Assembly: GCA_902537615.1 (NCBI GenBank)
Contig: CACBBU010000001.1
Location: 66,304 to 130,303, forward strand
Reading direction: 5' to 3'
Origin: an uncultured Alphaproteobacteria bacterium
GTDB taxonomy: Bacteria > Pseudomonadota > Alphaproteobacteria > Methylaequorales > Methylaequoraceae
DNA: 64,000 nt
This document shows, piece by piece, positions 1 through 8,988 of this stretch. The position numbers and the translations under genes were made by a program. The notes under the pieces were generated by a model. The model was not told the DNA's origin and did not search any database. It saw only the letters and a list, made by a program, of their open reading frames with translations. Every line of letters begins with the position of its first letter. The first letter of the stretch is position 1.

Positions 1-299
1 TCACCAAATTTATTGCCTCTCAGCTCTTGCAACCCATTTGATAACTTTTCCACACTATCGTTAGGAGTATTTTTTCTTGCAGTTGCTTTTGCTTTAATAC
101 ACTCTTCAAATCTATTTAAAGATTCAATTAAAGCATCGTCCATTGCTTCAACCTGTTCTCTATCTGTTAAAAATTCGTTTTCTGAATAATTAACATCAAA
201 ATTTTCACATTCTTCGTTAATAGTTTCAGAAAAAGAAGAACTATTAACTAAAAAGGTGAAAATAAAAACTATGTTATAAAAAAGATTTCTTAAAAACAT
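1..299 (-). CDS. Partial CDS running off the window start; hypothetical secreted protein with an N-terminal signal-peptide-like segment, acidic and Cys-containing
   Basis: Reverse complement of 297-299 is ATG. The minus-strand reading frame is open from 299 to position 1 and translates as MFLRNLFYNIVFIFTFLVNSSSFSETINEECENF.... It is not in the supplied track because it is truncated by the window edge. Confidence 0.4.
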   Translation of the reverse strand, partial: MFLRNLFYNIVFIFTFLVNSSSFSETINEECENFDVNYSENEFLTDREQVEAMDDALIESLNRFEECIKAKATARKNTPNDSVEKLSNGLQELRGNKFG

Positions 300-488
300 A
301 AACTTAAATATTTTTATTAATTATCCTAAAATAAATTAATTGCCATTTAAAGACTTTATTTTTAAGCTAATTTATCTGGGTACATTTTTTATTTTTGTGC
401 AGTAAAATAAGAACGATGTTTCTTTTAAAAATCTAAAATTAATGTATTTTAGTATCTACAATCTAAACATTTATAATGAGATTAATTT

Positions 489-1427
489 ATGAAGAAATGG
501 ATAAAAAATCTTGAAAAAAGATCTTTTGGTTCGGGAACATATTCCCAATCTTATCAGGATGAACTTTTAGATATAATTTTTTTTAATGTTGAGCCTAGAA
601 ATAAAAAACCATTCTGTGTTGAATTTGGTTTTAATTCTAAAGATCTTCTGTCCGGTACAGGTGCAAATGTATCTTCTTTAATTTTAAAACATAAATGGAG
701 CAGTTTACTTTTAGACGGGAAAAATGAAAACCTTAAAATTAATCTTCATAAACATTTTTTAACTTCGCAAAATATCTCTAGTTTATTCAAGCGCTACAAT
801 GTTCCAAAAGAACCAGAGTATATTTCCATTGATGTTGATTCAACAGATTTATGGCTATTTGAAGCTGTTGTTCAGAATTATAAAGCAATGGTTTTTTCAG
901 TTGAATATAATGCAAATTTTCCAATTGAATTTGCAGTCACTTTTCCAAATAATCCAAAAGAATACTGGCAAGGAGATAGAGGTTATGGAGCTTCTCTTAA
1001 AGCACTGAATATGGTTGCTGTAAGAAACGGATATTCTTTACTTTGGGTCGTACCTTTTTTAGATGCATTCTTTATAAGAAATGATTTGATAGATGATGAC
1101 ACCAAAAAAATATGTTTTCCAATGGAGAAATGGAAATGGGTTACCGGATATCCTTGTCATCGTCCTATAAAAAAGGATAGTAGGCTAAAAATTTTTATCA
1201 ATTATGAGACATATGTAAATACTAATGGGAATATCGAAAAAAGTAAAAAAGAAGCTTACGATATTTGTAAAAAATATCTAACAGTTAACGGATTTTTTGG
1301 TAGTTTAAAATTCAAAATAAACAAGGCTATAGTAAAAATTTTCATTTTGTTAAAAATTAAACATTGGGTTCCAAAATTTCTGATTGATATGTTAAAAAGG
1401 TTATACAGGAAATCTTTTTTTATATAA
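489..1427 (+). CDS. Hypothetical protein, divergent FkbM-like methyltransferase-fold family; paralog of the 14772..15647 ORF
   Basis: Clear paralogy with the 14772..15647 product: SQSYQDELLDIIF~SQSDEDGITIEIF, ISIDVDSTD...VFSVEYNANFP~ISVDLDGND...VFILEYNAKFP, WQGDRGYGASL...GYSLL~WRNDDYFGTSL...GYRLL. The ISxDxDG block resembles the IDVEG motif of FkbM enzymes. Confidence 0.5.
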   Translation: MKKWIKNLEKRSFGSGTYSQSYQDELLDIIFFNVEPRNKKPFCVEFGFNSKDLLSGTGANVSSLILKHKWSSLLLDGKNENLKINLHKHFLTSQNISSLFKRYNVPKEPEYISIDVDSTDLWLFEAVVQNYKAMVFSVEYNANFPIEFAVTFPNNPKEYWQGDRGYGASLKALNMVAVRNGYSLLWVVPFLDAFFIRNDLIDDDTKKICFPMEKWKWVTGYPCHRPIKKDSRLKIFINYETYVNTNGNIEKSKKEAYDICKKYLTVNGFFGSLKFKINKAIVKIFILLKIKHWVPKFLIDMLKRLYRKSFFI

Positions 1428-1520
1428 AAAACGTATAAATATAATCATATCCTTATTTTTTGACGATTACTTTTGCCCTCGTAAATACTGTTCTTTGATT
1501 TAATGCTTTAATAAAAATAT

Positions 1521-4058
1521 TTATCCACTCTTTAATAATTGGTATGCACTAAAATTTACGTACCTTCTATTTGAAACTAATAATGTCAAAACTAGTACAA
1601 ATAAGAAAAAGCAAGAAATAATCAAAGGTATTGTAATTGAAAAATACCAACTAATACTAAAAAAGGTTGTTATAAAAAAATACGAAAATATTACTGAAAA
1701 TATTAAAGATGAAAAAATTATGGGAATAAAGAGGATCAAAGATTCAAAAATTATTAATTTGAGAAGGTTAGATTTTTCAAGACCCAAAATTCTTAAAACT
1801 AAATTTTGATAAACTTTTAGATTTCCTATTACACTTACAGCATTTGATATTACAATTAGTCCTATGAATATCACTAAACCTGAAATTAAAATACTTATAA
1901 AAAACAATTTGTTTAAGAAATTTTTTGTCTTATTTATGTATTCTGATAGCTTTATATATGTAATAGCTGGTAATTTTTTAAATAAACTTCTCATATTTAC
2001 ATTCTCATCATTTTTAAATTTGACTGTAGCCATAAATTCGTGAGGAATTTTTGATGCGTACTCAGGATTAAATAAAACTGCAAAATTAATGTTGAGGTCT
2101 TTATAATTAACCTTCCTTAAATTCGTAATTATTCCTTTAACTGAATTACCATAGATATTGAATGTAATTGAATCACCAATTTTAAGATTGAGATCACTTG
2201 CAACTTTTTGGTCCAATGAAAGTTGTAGGTTCTTTTTTTGATCTGAATCCCACCATTTACCTTTAACAATTGGGTTATTAGTCGGTGGGTATTCTGACCA
2301 TGATATTCTTCTTTCTCCATTAATGAACCAGAAACTATTATTTTTTTTATTGATTATTTCTTTTGGTTTTCTATTGTTTATAGCTTCAATTCTAGCCGAT
2401 ATCATGGGTACTATTATTTGTTTTGCTTCATAATCAATTTGGCGAATTTCTTCTAAAAATAAATTTAATTCATTTTGTTGAATCCCGAGAAAAAAATAAT
2501 GTGGAGCGTTTTTGGGGATTGATGTATTTAGTTCCTTGTTAATATTTGAAGACAAAATTCCTAGAAAAAATAATACTGTTGTTCCCAATCCCATAGTCAT
2601 TATTATTATTGAATTAAGGCTACTGTATGCCTTTAAATTTTTAATACCCATTTTTAAAGAGATATTTTCAACGTTTTTAATTTTATTTAAAAATAAAATG
2701 TAGAACTTTGATAAAAAAAAATAGAAAAAACTAATAACTATAAAAAAAAAGAAAAATATCGCTGTTTGCTCTGGTTTAGCATTCAAAATACAAAAAAAGA
2801 AAATAAAGATTAATACAAATGAGCTAATTTCTAAAACTGACCTTCGGCTATAATTTAATTTTATGTGTGTACTACTGTTTCTAAATAAATTGGCTACTTT
2901 AATTTGATCAACGCTATCTAACACTGGTTTAGAAAATATAAAGAAAACTAAAATACTGAAAAACTGTATTATTAAATATTCATAAATTTTAAATTTAACA
3001 TTTAATTTAATATTTAAAAAATTTAGGAGATTATGGTCAATGGAAGAAATTATAAATAAACTTAAAATATAAGCACAAAGTGAACAAAAAATAAGAATTA
3101 TTAGAGTTTGTCCATAGTATAATGCTTTTATATTTTGGGAGCTAAGCCCTAATGATTTAAAAATAGCAATCTTAAATTGATTGTTACTTAAAAATGAAAA
3201 TAAGGAGTTTTTTAATCCAAGACCAGAAATAATAATAGCTGATGCTGAGATAATTGATAAAAAATAGATAAAATTTTCAATGCCCCTTCTTAAACTCTGA
3301 CTTACATCTTTAGGATATTTAATCTCAAGATTTTTATTTTTACTTATTATGTTATTTGGTAATTTTTTTTTATCCTTGTTTATAATTTTATATTTAAACC
3401 TCAAAAAACTTCCAAGGTTATCAACTTTCAAATCCTCTAAGCTAGATTTGTGTATTAATGCTTGATCGCCAAAAAGAAAAAACCCTCCTATATCAGGCAA
3501 AGCATTAATAAACCCAACGACTTCAAATGAAATATTTTGTATTCTTATTTTCTCACCAAGTTCTAAATTTAGATTTTTCTGAGTTGTTTTATCAATTAAA
3601 ATTGCATTAGGTTTAGTTTTAAGTATTTTTAACGAATTAACAGGGTCAACAATTGCTTTACCAAGTAGTGGGTATAAATTATCAATTGCTTTTATTCTTG
3701 TCGTTTTATTTTCCTCATTTTTAGTTCTTATAATAGATGTAAACTCAATAACCTCCGTTATAACAGAACTTTCTCTTAGTTTTTTCAAAAGACTTAAATC
3801 TAAGGCTGCATTTTTAGTAGATAATTCTAAATCACCCCCAAGAAGAACTCTTGAATTATTTTTTATTTCATTTTCAATACTATTGTTTAAAATTGTGACT
3901 GAAGAAAAAATCAATAAACTGATAAAAATAGTAAAAAAAACCCTTGTAATCTTTGATTTATTTTTACTAAGTTCTTTAATAAAAAACTGAAAGTATTTTG
4001 GTGAAGCCATTTTTAAACTTTTATGTGTCCATCTAATAACTTTATAACTTTGTCGCAC
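1521..4058 (-). CDS. ybbP: ABC transporter permease, FtsX-like family (YbbP-like, two permease modules)
   Basis: 845-aa polytopic membrane protein with two hydrophobic FtsX-like modules. It overlaps the ATPase gene. The tesA-ybbA-ybbP gene order matches E. coli. Confidence 0.75.
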   Translation of the reverse strand: MRQSYKVIRWTHKSLKMASPKYFQFFIKELSKNKSKITRVFFTIFISLLIFSSVTILNNSIENEIKNNSRVLLGGDLELSTKNAALDLSLLKKLRESSVITEVIEFTSIIRTKNEENKTTRIKAIDNLYPLLGKAIVDPVNSLKILKTKPNAILIDKTTQKNLNLELGEKIRIQNISFEVVGFINALPDIGGFFLFGDQALIHKSSLEDLKVDNLGSFLRFKYKIINKDKKKLPNNIISKNKNLEIKYPKDVSQSLRRGIENFIYFLSIISASAIIISGLGLKNSLFSFLSNNQFKIAIFKSLGLSSQNIKALYYGQTLIILIFCSLCAYILSLFIISSIDHNLLNFLNIKLNVKFKIYEYLIIQFFSILVFFIFSKPVLDSVDQIKVANLFRNSSTHIKLNYSRRSVLEISSFVLIFIFFFCILNAKPEQTAIFFFFFIVISFFYFFLSKFYILFLNKIKNVENISLKMGIKNLKAYSSLNSIIIMTMGLGTTVLFFLGILSSNINKELNTSIPKNAPHYFFLGIQQNELNLFLEEIRQIDYEAKQIIVPMISARIEAINNRKPKEIINKKNNSFWFINGERRISWSEYPPTNNPIVKGKWWDSDQKKNLQLSLDQKVASDLNLKIGDSITFNIYGNSVKGIITNLRKVNYKDLNINFAVLFNPEYASKIPHEFMATVKFKNDENVNMRSLFKKLPAITYIKLSEYINKTKNFLNKLFFISILISGLVIFIGLIVISNAVSVIGNLKVYQNLVLRILGLEKSNLLKLIIFESLILFIPIIFSSLIFSVIFSYFFITTFFSISWYFSITIPLIISCFFLFVLVLTLLVSNRRYVNFSAYQLLKSG

Positions 4059-4681
4059 TTTTTTGCTAGAGTCATATTGTGAGTTACTAAAACTAAACTA
4101 ATTTTTTTTTTGTAAGAGTAATCTAATAATAAATCCGAAACGAGTTCTGTATTTTTTCTATCTAAATTGCCGGTGGGCTCATCAGCTAAAATAATTTCTG
4201 GTTCTAATGATATTGCCCTGGCAATTGCCACTCTTTGTTGTTCACCACCTGATAATTCAGATGGTAAATTATTTAATCGATGAGCTAAACCTATATCTGA
4301 CAGGATTGAACTAGCTTTTCTTTTTTCATCATCAATAGAATTTATTTGCATTGGAAACATGACATTTTCAAGAGCAGTATAATTTGGTAAGAGATAAAAT
4401 TGCTGAAAAATTAACCCGATTTTTTTTTTTCTTATTTGTGTTCTTTCTTTTTCATTTATTTCTGAGAAATTTTCATTATTAAAAAAAATTGAACCTTTCG
4501 TTGGTCTTTCTAAACCCGACATAAGCATCAATAAACTTGTTTTTCCAGAACCACTTTCTCCTACAATAGCTACTCTTTCATTTCTTTTGATTACAAAATT
4601 TATATTTTTTAAAACCTTGATATCATTTCCACTTACGTGATAGTTAAGATTAATGTTTTCTAATTTATATAATTTTTTCAT
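4013..4681 (-). CDS. ybbA: ABC transporter ATP-binding protein (YbbA/LolD-like)
   Basis: Walker A GESGSGKTS, ABC signature LSGGEQQRVAIARA, Walker B ILADEPTGNLD. Overlaps the downstream permease by 46 nt, consistent with an operon. Confidence 0.85.
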   Translation of the reverse strand: MKKLYKLENINLNYHVSGNDIKVLKNINFVIKRNERVAIVGESGSGKTSLLMLMSGLERPTKGSIFFNNENFSEINEKERTQIRKKKIGLIFQQFYLLPNYTALENVMFPMQINSIDDEKRKASSILSDIGLAHRLNNLPSELSGGEQQRVAIARAISLEPEIILADEPTGNLDRKNTELVSDLLLDYSYKKKISLVLVTHNMTLAKKCDKVIKLLDGHIKV

Positions 4682-5294
4682 TTTTAAGTATTTGTTTATA
4701 TTTATTGTCGGAGTAAACTTTATACCAGCAAAAGTTTTTTGTAACCAAGAAATTGTACTGTTTGGTGATAGTTTAATGTCTGGCTATGGTTTAGACGAAG
4801 AGTTTCACTTATCAACTGTTTTACAAAAAAGTCTCAAAGAAAAAGGTTTTAATGTAAAAATATTAAATGCAAGCGTATCTGGAGATACAACATCGGGCGG
4901 GCTTAACAGACTGAGTTGGTTGCTTGAAGGAAAAAAAATAGATATTGTAATTTTATGTCTTGGAGCCAACGATATGTTGAGAGGAATAAGTCCTAGTCTT
5001 GTGAGAAAAAATCTAAGTCAGATTCTTAAAATCTTAACAGAAAAAAAAATTACAGTTTTATTAGCTGGCATGGTATCCCAAGAGTCATTTGGAGAAAAAT
5101 ATAAGAATGAATTTGATAAAATATATCCTGAACTTGCAAAAAAATATAAAGTTTCTTTTTTACCTTTTTTGCTTGACGGTGTAGCACTTAATCCGGAATT
5201 AAATTTAACAGATGGAAAGCATCCTAATCCTAAAGGAGTAAATCTAATAAGTAAGAATTTAGAAAAGAAATTGATTAAGCTTCTCAACAATTAA
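4653..5294 (+). CDS. tesA: SGNH/GDSL hydrolase, TesA-like arylesterase / acyl-CoA thioesterase I / lysophospholipase L1
   Basis: GDSLMSGYG (block I, catalytic Ser), GANDM (block III), DGKHPN (block V His). Signal-peptide-like N-terminus. The 5' end overlaps the ybbA start by 29 nt; an in-frame TTG at 4692 is an alternative start that would remove the overlap. Confidence 0.8.
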   Translation: MFSNLYNFFIFKYLFIFIVGVNFIPAKVFCNQEIVLFGDSLMSGYGLDEEFHLSTVLQKSLKEKGFNVKILNASVSGDTTSGGLNRLSWLLEGKKIDIVILCLGANDMLRGISPSLVRKNLSQILKILTEKKITVLLAGMVSQESFGEKYKNEFDKIYPELAKKYKVSFLPFLLDGVALNPELNLTDGKHPNPKGVNLISKNLEKKLIKLLNN

Positions 5295-5420
5295 TAGAAT
5301 CTGCAGTAATTCAATACATATACTAATTTAAAGCTGCTAAGTTTGTCTCATATAAATAAAATATATAGTTAGGGATATTTATCCTCTAAAACAATTGCTT
5401 ATTAATGTAAATCTAATTTT

Positions 5421-6281
5421 TTATTTTGTAAGTGCATTTATTGGTTGTGTATACTCATCTAATATTTCATTAAACCAATCATTATCAACAAATGATGAAT
5501 CTTTTTCTTTTGGAATTGCCAAAGTATTAATTGTTGCTGAGTTTATATAGTAATTTTTATCATTAACGAAATAATTGTTAGGATTATACAGCATAGTTGT
5601 TGCCCAAAATGGTTTATAGTCAATATTTAAAAGATATTTATTTAAAGAGTTTGGATACTTTCGATGATTTTCAATCCAAATGGTCGGTCTGAATTTTTTA
5701 ATAAAATTTTTTGCTCCTTTAAGAACATTTAATTCCATTAACTCTACGTCAATTTTTAAAAAATTACATTGCTCTATATCTATAAATCCATCAAGAGTGG
5801 TGAATTTTATACTATGTTTTTTATTAGTTTTTTTTTTAGCATATTTTTGGTTATTTCTTCCAATAAAACTAATTCCACCAAAATTACCTACACTTGAATA
5901 ATCAAAGTCATCTAATTTTAATATTTCATTTTTGACACCTAGCCCTTCACCAATAACTTTAACATTGTTTAGATTATTTTCTTGAATATTTTTTCTTAAT
6001 AATTTGTTAATTAAAGGCTGAGGTTCAAAAGCAAATACTTTTCCATTTGAACCAACTTTTTTTGCAAATGGAACAGAAAAACATCCAATGTTCGCACCTA
6101 TATCAAAAACAGTGTCTCCTTCTTTTATAAATTTTAGAATTGTTTTCAATTCAAGTTCTGAATATTCTCCATATTCCCTAATTGAGAGACCGATAAATTC
6201 ATCATAATGGCAAAAATGAAATGTGCCATGTTTTCCTATAACTGTCCCAATAGTATTCTCATTCATATCAATTTTTAGCAA
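5421..6281 (-). CDS. FkbM-family SAM-dependent methyltransferase
   Basis: FDIGANIGCFSVPFAKKVGSNGKVFAFEPQP matches the FkbM motif I (DxGANxG...AFEP). A LKIDVE-type block follows. Confidence 0.75.
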   Translation of the reverse strand: MLKIDMNENTIGTVIGKHGTFHFCHYDEFIGLSIREYGEYSELELKTILKFIKEGDTVFDIGANIGCFSVPFAKKVGSNGKVFAFEPQPLINKLLRKNIQENNLNNVKVIGEGLGVKNEILKLDDFDYSSVGNFGGISFIGRNNQKYAKKKTNKKHSIKFTTLDGFIDIEQCNFLKIDVELMELNVLKGAKNFIKKFRPTIWIENHRKYPNSLNKYLLNIDYKPFWATTMLYNPNNYFVNDKNYYINSATINTLAIPKEKDSSFVDNDWFNEILDEYTQPINALTK

Positions 6282-6440
6282 TTCTTATTCCATAATAGAA
6301 ATAGGCAAATAAAAATGTACTATTTTTTGAATTTTGAAATGATCTTTAAAAAAAATAAACGTAATTAATTTTTATTGAAGTTAAATAGGAAAGAATATTT
6401 TTATTTATAAAAATTCAATTTAAAGCAGATGTGATTATCT

Positions 6441-6707
6441 TCAATGATAAACAACCTTGTTTGGTTCATCTATATTATTTTGATGAGGGCAATTTTGTGT
6501 TGCATTAATTTGTGCATTAAAAAAGATTCTGTAGGACTCCCTGAGTAATCTTCCGAGTATATATTTTGCAAGCTTAAGTTTATTTGGTTTACTAGAAGTC
6601 ATCAATTTTCTAAATATTCTATTATACACAAAGTGTTTTTCATGTTTTTGTTCAATTACATTTGTTATTATCTGTAACATTAATTCATTAAATTCCTTTT
6701 CTTTCAT
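6441..6707 (-). CDS. Hypothetical small protein
   Basis: ORF only; no recognisable motif. Confidence 0.3.
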   Translation of the reverse strand: MKEKEFNELMLQIITNVIEQKHEKHFVYNRIFRKLMTSSKPNKLKLAKYILGRLLRESYRIFFNAQINATQNCPHQNNIDEPNKVVYH

Positions 6708-7046
6708 ACTGTAATGATAATAATTATCATTCGCATTTACAAGCTATTTATTTTTTTTTTAAAATTAAAAAAATAAACAAAAACTTATAAAATTTTAATA
6801 TGCCTCTGTAATGGTTAACTATTGAAAGAAATCATGAAATTCATCTCATTATTTATTTAGTTCTAAAATTAGAAGATAAAAATAGCATCTTTAAATTTCT
6901 TTTTTACTTTTCGCTTGAATTAAAATATTCTTAACTTTACTTTTATAGTGAAATCTAAGTTTTAATGAGCTATCATTGGATTGTAATTAAATTGATTTAT
7001 TAAAAGTAACTAATTTTTATTTAAATTTTTTTCAAAAGGAATTTTT

Positions 7047-7778
7047 ATGACAAAAGTAGCTTTTGTTTCTGGAGCAAATAGAGGTATTGGATTTGAAACC
7101 TCAAAAAAATTAGCAGAGAATGGTATAAAGGTTATTCTCGGTTCTAGAAATATAGATAAAGGTAAAGAAGCATTAGAAAAAATAACTTCCCTTGGATATG
7201 ATGCTGATCTTGTGCAGTATGACGCCTTTGATTTAAATGCACCAAAAAAAGTCCATGAATTTATTGCCGAAAAATATCAAAAATTAGATATTTTGATTAA
7301 TAACGCTGGGGTACTACTGACGAACGACTTATTTGTCACAAATAGCTCAAGTGTCAGCGATAAAGATATAAAAGACACATTTCAAACCAATCTTTTTGCT
7401 GTTATTTCTCTTACTCAAAAATTGCTTCCTCTGATTAAAAAGTCAGAAGCAGGAAGAATAGTTAACGTTTCAACAATTCTTAGCTCGTTAACACTCCATT
7501 CAGCCAAAGATTCCCCAATAGCACCGGCAAAAGAATTTGCATATAATGCTTCCAAGACAGCTCTAAATGCTTATACAATTCATCTAGCTTTAGAGCTAAA
7601 GGATACAAATATTAAAGTTAATTCTGGTCATCCTGGCTGGGTAAAAACTGAACTAGGTGGACCAAAAGCTCCTATGGAAGTTGAAGAGAGTTATAAGACT
7701 TCCCTTAGATTAGCTACTCTTGATGAAAAAGGTCCAACTGGAGGTTTGTTTCATGAAGAGGATAGTATTCCCTGGTAA
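7047..7778 (+). CDS. Short-chain dehydrogenase/reductase (carbonyl-reductase-like SDR)
   Basis: TGANRGIG-type Rossmann motif (VSGANRGIGFE), NNAG motif, catalytic YNASK. Confidence 0.85.
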   Translation: MTKVAFVSGANRGIGFETSKKLAENGIKVILGSRNIDKGKEALEKITSLGYDADLVQYDAFDLNAPKKVHEFIAEKYQKLDILINNAGVLLTNDLFVTNSSSVSDKDIKDTFQTNLFAVISLTQKLLPLIKKSEAGRIVNVSTILSSLTLHSAKDSPIAPAKEFAYNASKTALNAYTIHLALELKDTNIKVNSGHPGWVKTELGGPKAPMEVEESYKTSLRLATLDEKGPTGGLFHEEDSIPW

Positions 7779-7795
7779 AATTTTAAATATTTTAG

Positions 7796-8560
7796 TTAAA
7801 CAGACACGACAATAAAAATAAAGGTAATTAAAAAAAACACCAAAAGCATTAGAAGATAATTTTGATATTTTTCAAAAAAATTTATATAGCTTTCTTTTTT
7901 TTTATATTGTTGATTTTTATAGATATCATCTATGTCTGGAAATTGTTTAAAAAAAGTTTTAATAATTCTGTTTTCACTTCTAGTACCAAGAACTTGAATT
8001 AATTTGTTAAGATATTTTGCATTTTTTTGGTAATTATTTTCAATTAAAAACTTTGATAGTGATTTTATTTCAAATGAAGTTCCAAATTTTCTTTCTAGAA
8101 AAGCACTTATAAATCTATTTTCTACATCATTTAATTTATTAAACTCTTTGGTCTCAAGTAAATAAAATTGAAATTGAAAGCTTAATTTTGAACTATATTT
8201 AAGTAGAGTTTCTTTTATATTTTCCAACTCTGGGTAAACAAGTAAGGCTATCTCCCAATCCTCGTCAATATATTTACTATTAAATAAATCCTTATCTTCA
8301 AATTCATCATCAGTAAACTGAAACGATTTTTCTATCTGAACTTTTTTTAGATTTTTATCGTAATCTTGTCTTTTTTTATAATCACTAAGTGTATCGTATG
8401 CTTCATTAATTTCACTTATTTTCCTCTTTAGTGATTTTTTATCTCCTTTATAAACATCTGGATGATATAATTTTACTAAAGCTCTATAAGCTGCCTCAAT
8501 GAGTTGCTGTTCTGGAGCTGGTTCAAATGAAAGACCTAAGATATGATAAAAATTTTTCAC
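7796..8560 (-). CDS. J-domain (DnaJ-like) protein with a C-terminal transmembrane anchor
   Basis: N-terminal J domain NFYHILGL...YRALVKLYHPDV with the HPD tripeptide. Hydrophobic C-terminus LLMLLVFFLITFIFIVVSV. Confidence 0.7.
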   Translation of the reverse strand: MKNFYHILGLSFEPAPEQQLIEAAYRALVKLYHPDVYKGDKKSLKRKISEINEAYDTLSDYKKRQDYDKNLKKVQIEKSFQFTDDEFEDKDLFNSKYIDEDWEIALLVYPELENIKETLLKYSSKLSFQFQFYLLETKEFNKLNDVENRFISAFLERKFGTSFEIKSLSKFLIENNYQKNAKYLNKLIQVLGTRSENRIIKTFFKQFPDIDDIYKNQQYKKKESYINFFEKYQNYLLMLLVFFLITFIFIVVSV

Positions 8561-8595
8561 TTTACATTATTCTATCTTACTTTTTAAATAAAATA

Positions 8596-8988
8596 ATGCC
8601 TCACCTTCAATTTGAAATAAACAAAAAGTTAAACAAAGAATCAAAAAAAAAATTTGTAAGTTTTGTGGAAGAAAGTTTTTCCACAATTATGGAAACAGGG
8701 AAAGATCATATCGCTATATCAATAAGAGAATTAGGGGATACAAATTTAAGTCTTGGAAGAGCAAAAAATGAATTTATATGTCTAATGAATCTTGATATTA
8801 GAACTGGAAGAACTAATATGCAAAAATTAAAATTAATAAAAACTCTGATTTCTGGAGTTGAAAAATTTTTTTTGATAAAAAAAATACATCAATATGTCAC
8901 AATTACAAATCATAATGGTTTAGATTTTAATTTTTATGAAAAATCACTTGCGGATTGGGTTAAAAACGACGATCCTGCTAACAGTTAA
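8596..8988 (+). CDS. 5-carboxymethyl-2-hydroxymuconate isomerase (CHMI/HpcD)-like tautomerase family protein
   Basis: Starts MPHLQFE (compare E. coli HpaF MPHFIVE). Internal IRTGRT...KLIKTLISGVEKFF resembles KIGAGRS...LFELIKTHF of CHMI. The track ORF starts at 8527, but the ATG at 8596 gives a CHMI-sized protein of about 130 aa. Confidence 0.5.
   Translation: MPHLQFEINKKLNKESKKKFVSFVEESFSTIMETGKDHIAISIRELGDTNLSLGRAKNEFICLMNLDIRTGRTNMQKLKLIKTLISGVEKFFLIKKIHQYVTITNHNGLDFNFYEKSLADWVKNDDPANS

Noticed and set aside
799-5290. Track ORFs 799..1008(+), 2129..2320(-), 2512..2703(+), 5018..5290(-) nested inside larger genes
   Set aside because: They are short, lie antisense to or out of frame within well-supported long CDSs (the FkbM-like ORF, ybbP, tesA), and have low-complexity AT-driven composition. 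They are typical shadow ORFs of an AT-rich genome.
6708-7046. Long AT-rich intergenic region (about 340 bp) with a T10 tract (6761-6770) as a possible degraded gene or mobile-element remnant
   Set aside because: No ORF longer than a few codons, no inverted terminal repeats, no tRNA-like sequence. It is most simply a divergent promoter region between the small hypothetical gene and the SDR gene.
8527-8595. Upstream 23-codon extension of the CHMI-like ORF
   Set aside because: CHMI-family proteins begin MPH... and are about 125-130 aa. The extension adds a hydrophobic, low-complexity segment and brings the start very close to the divergent J-domain gene.
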